Assembly (NCBI GenBank): GCA_023267435.1
Contig: JAHFNH010000001.1
Location: 80,253-144,252, forward strand
Direction of reading: 5' to 3'
From: Candidatus Nomurabacteria bacterium
Lineage (GTDB): Bacteria > Patescibacteriota > Minisyncoccia > Phycocordibacterales > UBA9973
DNA: 64,000 nucleotides
The translations under genes were made by a program, and so were the position numbers. Positions 57,486 to 64,000 of the stretch are shown in pieces. How positions within the stretch are numbered: position 1 is the stretch's first letter; every line of letters starts with the position of its first letter. The notes beneath the pieces are model-generated. The model was not told where the DNA came from and ran no database searches. It saw only the letters and a program-made list of their open reading frames with translations.

Positions 57486-58844
57486 CTATTTTAAATTCAA
57501 CTTCCAAAGATAAGAATCTTTTTTGTTTACAAAAAATAAATAATTTTCACCATCATCCAAAGCAAGTTTAGTACCGTCCATATCTTCCCCGCCTACTACT
57601 GCAGCTGGATCAGAAATCATTGTTGCATTATTATTTGTCGCCTCTATTTTCCAAAGTTCATCTGAGAACGAAACTTGTCCTTGATACCAATCATCTGGAT
57701 ATTGTCCCTGGTCAACAAATTTTGGTACGGAACAATATACAATATCGCTATTTTTACCCCAAACGCATTTTTCTGGAAGAGTTTTTAAACCAAGAAGGCT
57801 AGAACTTTTAGTATCTACATTGTAAATATAAAGAGATAAGTTGTTGTTGTTATAAAGGATTAATTTCCCATTTGGACTGGTGAGGGTAGTGAGTCCGTTT
57901 ATACCACCGAGAATTTTATTAAAATCTTTTTTATCTGGGTTGATCGCATACATATAACCGGGAACATTAGCAGAAGGTTTAGTGGTAAGAGTGATCATTT
58001 TGTCGTTTGGCCATTGAGACAACCATTCTGTGAAAGGAGAATTAAATATTTGGGATTTTTTGTCACCCAATGAACCGGAAGTTATGCCTACTGTGCCATC
58101 TCCAACTTTAAAGAGATAGAATATTTTTGAAGCATCTGGAGAAACGCTCAAGTCTGAAATATTTTCCGGCAAGAAAGATCCTTTTATTTCAGTATCTGTC
58201 GTAGTGTCTCCGCCTAATATCTGTTTTGGCAAGCTACCAATAAAAGTTTCTATTGTTTTGTCGTCTGTTTTTAAATAGCGCATTACCACAGACTCTCCTT
58301 TAGCTCCAAAAAATGCTTCATGCACTATTGGAATAACTGTTGTGGTGAAATTACGCTCGTCTATTTTATCGGCAAGTGTTTGGTAAATATTTCCTGTTGC
58401 TCTGTCTACATATCTGACAGCCGGTATAAATTCAGTTGGAGGTGGTGTTGGTTTTACCGGAGCCGTTTTTCCTTTTTTGGTTGTTGTAGTAGTGGTTGCA
58501 GTATCAGGCGCGGCGGTGACAGTTATTGATGCTTCTTTAAATCTTTCTTGCATAAATACTCCAAAGCCTGCGATCGGCATAGTTGAAACCTTAACCATAT
58601 TTGCCTTAGATGCTTCTATTATTGGTGCTTTTTCAAATCCTGAAATATTGGCTGGGGCTGTCGGTTCAGCTGTTTTTGGAGCTGTACTTTTTAGAAATGG
58701 AAAAAATTGAGAGACAAAATTTATCCCCTGTGTGCCTGTTGTTGGGGCTGGTGTACTACTTTTGAAAAAATAGGAAAATCCAAAACTAATGGCTAGTATA
58801 GCTACAATGATAATTATTAAAAGTGTTAAATTTCTTTTTGTCAT
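57486..58844 (-). CDS. Membrane-anchored protein with a Thr/Pro-rich linker and a beta-propeller-like (TolB/PD40-like) domain
   Basis: N-terminal TM, TATTTTTKKGKTAPVKPTPPPT linker, repeated S.DG.K/L.Y.. strands. Confidence 0.4.
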   Translation of the reverse strand: MTKRNLTLLIIIIVAILAISFGFSYFFKSSTPAPTTGTQGINFVSQFFPFLKSTAPKTAEPTAPANISGFEKAPIIEASKANMVKVSTMPIAGFGVFMQERFKEASITVTAAPDTATTTTTTKKGKTAPVKPTPPPTEFIPAVRYVDRATGNIYQTLADKIDERNFTTTVIPIVHEAFFGAKGESVVMRYLKTDDKTIETFIGSLPKQILGGDTTTDTEIKGSFLPENISDLSVSPDASKIFYLFKVGDGTVGITSGSLGDKKSQIFNSPFTEWLSQWPNDKMITLTTKPSANVPGYMYAINPDKKDFNKILGGINGLTTLTSPNGKLILYNNNNLSLYIYNVDTKSSSLLGLKTLPEKCVWGKNSDIVYCSVPKFVDQGQYPDDWYQGQVSFSDELWKIEATNNNATMISDPAAVVGGEDMDGTKLALDDGENYLFFVNKKDSYLWKLNLK

Positions 58845-58852
58845 ATTTTTTT

Positions 58853-60601
58853 TTAAATTCTCTTAAAATGGTTTATTATTTTTCCATATTTACTAATGAT
58901 ATTAAAAATAGTGAATGCTTGTCCAGAGCTTCTGCCGTTGTGAGCTGCTGTTGATTCAGCAGCTTTTCCACCTCCAATATAAACAAAAGCATGACCTACA
59001 GATGTTCCAGGTGTGCCTGTGGTCCAACCAACAACATCTCCTGGTTTAAGTGCTTGTCCATTTAAAACAGTTTCACCATTTGCTTCAGTTTGCGTTGTGA
59101 TTGTTTCTAATCCTGTGCCTGTGCTGAATGCCATACCAGAACTTCCTCCAGGAGGATTTAATCCGGCGCATTCCAAAACATAATCAACAAAACCAGTGCA
59201 ATCAAGACATATTGTGCCAGTCGGACAAAAACTACTGCAGGCTATATTATTATCACACATTTTTGTGTCTGAAGGGTAAGGAGCTGGACCGCCCTTGCCG
59301 CCAAAACGATAAGTCACCTTGCCGTTTAGACTATTTACAATCTCAGCTATTCTAGCTGATCCACCAGCTTTGGGACAAACGATTCCTGTCGGAGGAGTAA
59401 AATTTAATGACACAGGCGAATTCGTGAATCCACCACTGTTAGTTATCGACGCATCATTTATCCCACTCAAACTCACATCTAGTAGTTGAGGATTAATAGT
59501 ATTCAATAAAACATAAGAACCAAGTGCAATCAAAAGTCCAAAGATAGCATTACCAATCCTTTTTCTACCTTCTTCTTTAGAAGTCATTAATTCACTAGTC
59601 ACATACTCTATTCCACCTATTACTATCATTACAAAAGATAATACAGCACATAATCCGATGAATATTCGAATCATTGTATTAAAATACTTACCAAAAACAT
59701 TACCTTGAGTAGAATCAATGATTGTTATAGTATTTCCTCCTCCTGTTCCCTCACCTGCCTTTGTTGGTAGTGGAGCAAGGAGTTGATATGTAGTGTCTGA
59801 ATTGGGTGGAGGTAGAGTAACGGGTGTTATTTCAACTTGTACTTTTTTAGGGCTGAAGGTTTTAACAGTAGTGCTACAAACTTTATCAAAAGTATTTTCA
59901 GCACAGGCTGTATAGTAATACATTGTGCCTTCCACCATATTCTGCCCCTTATATTTTTCTATAGAATTTTTGAAATCTATAGAAGCTTGGTTGTAATTTT
60001 CATCTCCATATAAACTATTTAGAGTCTTATGTGTTGTTTCAGCATCTAAATTAGCACTACTCAATCCATATTTAAACCACACAGTCACAGGATTCTTATT
60101 ATTCTGCACCGTTCCTACCAACGTAGCACCTAAACCAGTTAGATTAATTATATCTTTTGTATATACAGTCGGTGGTCTGCTTTCACTGATGACATGAGTT
60201 CCACCTGTGACACTTGTATCAAAATTATTACCCGGAGAGTTTAAGAAAACAGGAGGCGGAGTGTTGTTGTAGTAAACCCCTATTATTTTATAAGTAAATA
60301 AATGTTTTGTTGAAGTAAACTGGCTTATGTTTATTGAGTAATGAAACGTAAGAGTTTGAGGATCAATAGTAATCGGACTGCTTTGTATTAATGGTGCTGA
60401 TTTTCCTTGTTCATACAGAAAAAAAAAGTAATTCATTGGCATTTGCTGTATTGGGAAAGCCATAACCTTACCATCTATTGCTATAGTTGTGCCAGTTATG
60501 TCTTGTTTAGTTATGTCTATAGCGATTGTGGCTTTAGCCGGAGATGCAATAAAAAAAGCAGAGATGATGAGCGTTAAGAATATGTATTTTAGGTTTTTCA
60601 T
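58853..60601 (-). CDS. Secreted single-TM cell-wall hydrolase paralog B with a C-terminal NlpC/P60 endopeptidase domain
   Basis: LDCTGFVDYVLECAG (Cys nucleophile block) and GDVVGWTTG..GHAFVYIGG (His block). Shares the identical middle region and a near-identical signal peptide with paralog A. Confidence 0.6.
   Translation of the reverse strand: MKNLKYIFLTLIISAFFIASPAKATIAIDITKQDITGTTIAIDGKVMAFPIQQMPMNYFFFLYEQGKSAPLIQSSPITIDPQTLTFHYSINISQFTSTKHLFTYKIIGVYYNNTPPPVFLNSPGNNFDTSVTGGTHVISESRPPTVYTKDIINLTGLGATLVGTVQNNKNPVTVWFKYGLSSANLDAETTHKTLNSLYGDENYNQASIDFKNSIEKYKGQNMVEGTMYYYTACAENTFDKVCSTTVKTFSPKKVQVEITPVTLPPPNSDTTYQLLAPLPTKAGEGTGGGNTITIIDSTQGNVFGKYFNTMIRIFIGLCAVLSFVMIVIGGIEYVTSELMTSKEEGRKRIGNAIFGLLIALGSYVLLNTINPQLLDVSLSGINDASITNSGGFTNSPVSLNFTPPTGIVCPKAGGSARIAEIVNSLNGKVTYRFGGKGGPAPYPSDTKMCDNNIACSSFCPTGTICLDCTGFVDYVLECAGLNPPGGSSGMAFSTGTGLETITTQTEANGETVLNGQALKPGDVVGWTTGTPGTSVGHAFVYIGGGKAAESTAAHNGRSSGQAFTIFNIISKYGKIINHFKRI
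59448..60205. repeat. 758-bp perfect direct repeat, copy 2
   Basis: See copy 1. The offset is 3153 bp. Confidence 0.8.
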
Positions 60602-60602
60602 A

Positions 60603-61589
60603 CTAGAAATTCATATTGATTTCTTTCTCTAAACTCTGAAAAAGAGTTTGGATATTTTTGACAGAGATATTTATTTTAGCTGATCCGGATTTTCCACTTT
60701 CTGGTTTGATTGATAGGATATTTTTTGGATCTGGTGTTTGGAGTGGTGCTCCGTTTAAGGACCAGTCAAAAACAAGATTGTCTGAAGTTATATCTTTGGG
60801 TGAAAAGAAATATGGTTCGGCGACAAGTATCTCACCATTTGGATTTATTGTGAAAAAATTACCTAATGAATTTTCCCATTTTGTGCCGAGAGACAAGTCT
60901 TTTTCATAAAATATTATTTTTGGAATTGAAGTGCGTAGATTTATACTACCGGAAACACTTGTGTTGCCAGTGATATCTGATATAGCTACTTCAATGTTAT
61001 TACTCTTTTCTAAGTAGTTATTTTTGAAAATAAAATAACTCTTTCCCCATCCGGAAGAATTAGGCTGGCCATTCCCGTCTTTAGTCCAGGTATAAGACAG
61101 ATTACTGGCACTTGATTTTCCAATTGAAGTCATTAAGTTTGGCATTGCTACTACTTTGAAAGTTCCCTGGCTTGGAACCAATGCTTTTCCTTTGTAAAAA
61201 GGTGGAACATATGAATCTGGAGCTTCCCATAACATATCTACTTCTGTGGGTGTTATGGTTATTGTTTTTACAATATTTTGTCCATCCAATGTATTCATTC
61301 TCACACTCAAAACTGAAGATGAGCCCACATCACCTGTATTGAAAGAAAAAGTTTTTTTACCGATTCCTGAAAGGGTTTCTTTGTTGTTCATTGACCAAGA
61401 AATATTTGCTTTATCTAGATTAACTGCGAAGCTACTCAAGGTGGCATTTACGCTTTGATTGGGAGCTGGATAGGTCGGATTTATGGTTAAAGCGACATCG
61501 GTATTCTGCACTTGCGCAAAAGCTGTTCCATAAAAAGCACCGAATAAAATTACTGTAACGATTATTGATTTTTTAATCAAATTTATCAT
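60603..61589 (-). CDS. Secreted beta-rich hypothetical protein (T4SS cluster)
   Basis: Signal peptide IIVTVILFGAFYGTAFA. 328 aa. Confidence 0.4.
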   Translation of the reverse strand: MINLIKKSIIVTVILFGAFYGTAFAQVQNTDVALTINPTYPAPNQSVNATLSSFAVNLDKANISWSMNNKETLSGIGKKTFSFNTGDVGSSSVLSVRMNTLDGQNIVKTITITPTEVDMLWEAPDSYVPPFYKGKALVPSQGTFKVVAMPNLMTSIGKSSASNLSYTWTKDGNGQPNSSGWGKSYFIFKNNYLEKSNNIEVAISDITGNTSVSGSINLRTSIPKIIFYEKDLSLGTKWENSLGNFFTINPNGEILVAEPYFFSPKDITSDNLVFDWSLNGAPLQTPDPKNILSIKPESGKSGSAKINISVKNIQTLFQSLEKEINMNF

Positions 61590-61629
61590 AAGGTTACTTA
61601 TATTGTAACATTTTATAATTTTTTTATCC

Positions 61630-63471
61630 TTAGTGGGATATTTCTTTTTCTGCTTCCAAGTCTTGCTTAGCTTTTTTGATAGATAGGATTTGAGAAGGGT
61701 CGGAAGTAATGATCTGGTCTTCGGTATATGAGGAGATTATTTTAATCGCCACATGCTTTAAACCCGCAAAGAAGATACCTTCTCCTACTCCAGATTCTAG
61801 AAGTAGGTATTTTTCTTCGTCTGTCAGGTTGAATGTCTTTTGCAAGACATCGATAGTAGATGGAGATTGTTTTAAGAGAAGTTGAATAGAAGAGTTGGTA
61901 ACGATCGGTACGCCGTAGGGGGACTTCATAAAGTCAGCCGCGTCTTGAGTGATCGTCGAAAGTCCAAGATAATATTTTCTACCTCTTTTAGCAATAGAAT
62001 AAAGGAATGAAGCGGTGTCTTCTGATTTCATCATCCACCATGCCTCATCCACGACCAATAAGCGCTTTTTTAAATTTTTACGCACAGCATTCCAGATATA
62101 GTGTGTGACGATATACATCGCGATCGGCTTCAATTCATCTTCCATGTCGCGTACAGAAAACACAACGAACTTTTTATTGATATCAACATTCGAAGGTTTG
62201 TTTAAGAATGTAGACCAAGAACCTCGAGTGTATTTTATAAGTCTTTGCACCACTGAATCACTTCCGTCCATTCCAGAAAGAACCATTTCAAAATCTGAAA
62301 GAAGTGGAGGTTCGATATTTGAGAAGTCTGAGTCTGGTGTGATGTCTTTTATGGCGTAAGTTTCTGAAATAGCGCGGTCCACCATTGAATCTTCTTCAGG
62401 AGTTAGCCCACCCAACATCAATCGGAAAAGCCCGACGAGGTTGATGATATTTGAACGAAGAACATCCTCAGCAGTTTCGTCTTCACGCGGTATCGGCAAG
62501 TCAAAAGGATTGATATGGTGATCTGAAGAAAGAGAAATATTAAAATATCTTCCGCCGACAGCTTCAGCGAGGTACTCGTATTCCCTTTCCGGATCGATCA
62601 CAATGACATCTATGTCAAACATCAAAGATCTTAGGATTTCCAATTTTGTCGCATAAGATTTTCCTGAACCAGACTTTGCGAAAGTTACAGAGTTATAATT
62701 TTCAAGCGAGAAACGATCAAAGATAACCAAACTAGAATTGTGTCTGTTTACGCCATAAAGTATTCCTTTGTCTGAAGTTAAGTCGAAAGAAACGAATGGA
62801 AAAATACTGGAAAGCGGTTCGGAATTTAATTTCTGGTGGACCGACAAGATATCATTTCCGATCGGAATAACGCTTTTAAATCCATCGTCCTGCTGGAAAA
62901 GAGCCGGCTTAATATAAATAAGTTTTGATTCCAGCATTGATTTGATTTCATTTTCAACTTTAAAGAGCTCTAATTCGTTGTCGGCATAAACTGTAATATA
63001 AACTCCAACATCAAACATTTTTTCCTGTGCTTGCATCAAATTATCGCGAAGACCCTCCAAATCTTGAAAGGCTGTGTCGAGCATTGGGTCGCGCACCATA
63101 CCTTTCGATTCTCGAGCAGAAATCTGACTTTGCACTTCTGCTACTTTTTTCTGGAATTGCCTCAAAGCGAGCGAAGTATCTATCGGATGGATAAAAATAG
63201 AAACATCAAATATTTTATCCAAATTTATGATGGGTGAAAACCAATTGTCTGTCAGAAATCTCGGATAAGATATTATAAAAAATGTTCGAGCAATTTTATC
63301 TCCTAAATTTATAGATTTAGGCTCTATTTTTAAGGCTGACGGCGCGATGACATCTTGGAGTTCTAGGGTCGCTGACTCGTAAATTTCTTCAGGAAGAACA
63401 GCTAAAACAGAAGCACTAGCGGTGCTTTCTGAAGTTTTCTTTTTTCCGAATAATGTATCAAAAAAAGCCAT
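61630..63471 (-). CDS. VirB4-family type IV secretion/conjugation ATPase (Gram-positive TcpF/PrgJ/ConE-like)
   Basis: Walker A AKSGSGKSYATK and Walker B with the family-typical LLVVDEAWWMM. 613 aa. Confidence 0.65.
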   Translation of the reverse strand: MAFFDTLFGKKKTSESTASASVLAVLPEEIYESATLELQDVIAPSALKIEPKSINLGDKIARTFFIISYPRFLTDNWFSPIINLDKIFDVSIFIHPIDTSLALRQFQKKVAEVQSQISARESKGMVRDPMLDTAFQDLEGLRDNLMQAQEKMFDVGVYITVYADNELELFKVENEIKSMLESKLIYIKPALFQQDDGFKSVIPIGNDILSVHQKLNSEPLSSIFPFVSFDLTSDKGILYGVNRHNSSLVIFDRFSLENYNSVTFAKSGSGKSYATKLEILRSLMFDIDVIVIDPEREYEYLAEAVGGRYFNISLSSDHHINPFDLPIPREDETAEDVLRSNIINLVGLFRLMLGGLTPEEDSMVDRAISETYAIKDITPDSDFSNIEPPLLSDFEMVLSGMDGSDSVVQRLIKYTRGSWSTFLNKPSNVDINKKFVVFSVRDMEDELKPIAMYIVTHYIWNAVRKNLKKRLLVVDEAWWMMKSEDTASFLYSIAKRGRKYYLGLSTITQDAADFMKSPYGVPIVTNSSIQLLLKQSPSTIDVLQKTFNLTDEEKYLLLESGVGEGIFFAGLKHVAIKIISSYTEDQIITSDPSQILSIKKAKQDLEAEKEISH

Positions 63472-63522
63472 TCTTATTAGTTTATTATAACTTAAAAATC
63501 AAAAAGCTGAAAGCTAAAATCA

Positions 63523-63927
63523 TTAGTTAGTTTTTTCCAGCTCTATTTTACCCTCTATTTCTCCGGGGTTGAACACTTTATAGAAGACTTCCACGACTTC
63601 TTCTGTTCCCAATTGGACGGATTTTATACCGCAACGGGAAAGCCCTTGCTGGATGACACTGACTCTCTGCTCCAACTGAGATCTTTTTTCTTCAAAATCA
63701 GTCTGTTCTGCAGCTTTTATTTCCTCTCTGCTTCTTTTTGAAAAAAATCCTTTAAATATCCCCGAGTCTGTTTTAAAAGATACGGGAGTGTAAGGCACGA
63801 CCACAAAAAAACTTTTAGTCATTATACTGACTGATTCAGTGAAGTTTTTAATAAAGTCTATATACTCTCTTGTTTGAAGTTTGAGTAAGGGTTCTGTCTG
63901 CACTTTCATTCTGTTTTCTAAAAGCAA
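63523..63927 (-). CDS. Hypothetical protein upstream of the VirB4-like gene
   Basis: 134 aa. The operon on the minus strand presumably continues beyond the window end. Confidence 0.35.
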   Translation of the reverse strand: MLLENRMKVQTEPLLKLQTREYIDFIKNFTESVSIMTKSFFVVVPYTPVSFKTDSGIFKGFFSKRSREEIKAAEQTDFEEKRSQLEQRVSVIQQGLSRCGIKSVQLGTEEVVEVFYKVFNPGEIEGKIELEKTN

Positions 63928-64000
63928 AAGATAAGGCCTGATGTCGAGCTTTCTGGATTGGACGGATATTTGAATAGAAAAATCTATAGTATTTAAAAAT

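Noticed and set aside
1-64000. CRISPR array
   Set aside because: No short regularly spaced repeats. The only long repeats are the two 758-bp coding copies and the promoter modules.
1-64000. Alternative genetic code (UGA recoding, as in some CPR lineages)
   Set aside because: Housekeeping genes (dnaA, polA, ruvB, the RNR) are full-length with standard stops and none shows in-frame TGA truncation.

Overview
This is a low-GC, gene-dense bacterial chromosome segment. The gene content and reduced gene lengths suggest a Patescibacteria/CPR-like organism, but that is an inference.

Housekeeping core: dnaA and dnaN on the minus strand, an AT-rich oriC-like spacer carrying a variant DnaA box (TGTTGATAA/TTATCAACA), then rpmH-rnpA-yidD-yidC-jag on the plus strand. 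Also present are polA, ruvA/ruvB/ruvC, a short yebC, tyrS, PBP1A, mutM, tsaE, rpsT, cspA, an ABC-F ATPase, malic enzyme, and a class II (B12-dependent) ribonucleotide reductase next to a PduO-type corrinoid adenosyltransferase. There are two tRNAs, Arg(GCG) and Lys(UUU).

Three accessory regions stand out:
1. A 2025-aa secreted SpvB/FG-GAP/RHS (Tc-toxin BC-like) polymorphic toxin. Its post-DPxG C-terminal cargo carries an M15/LAS zinc-peptidase signature, suggesting a peptidoglycan target. Two membrane-anchored immunity candidates sit immediately downstream.
2. A Gram-positive-type type IV secretion (conjugation-like) module at 55.6-64 kb. It has a VirB4-family ATPase, secreted or anchored accessory proteins, and two mosaic paralogous wall-hydrolase proteins that share a perfectly identical 758-bp segment. 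One has an SLT-like C-terminus and the other an NlpC/P60 C-terminus, which looks like a split version of CwlT-type bifunctional hydrolases.
3. Six copies of a shared promoter/operator module (TTGACnnGTCAA palindrome over the -35, a TATTGT -10, and a GGTTAGA...TCTAACC palindrome). They drive unrelated small hypothetical genes in two islands, one of which abuts tRNA-Lys.

Other points: a free-standing archaeal-type ThrRS-editing-domain-like ORF, a DUF721 (DciA-like) gene next to dnaN, and several sub-threshold small ORFs. No CRISPR array, rRNA or obvious transposase was seen.
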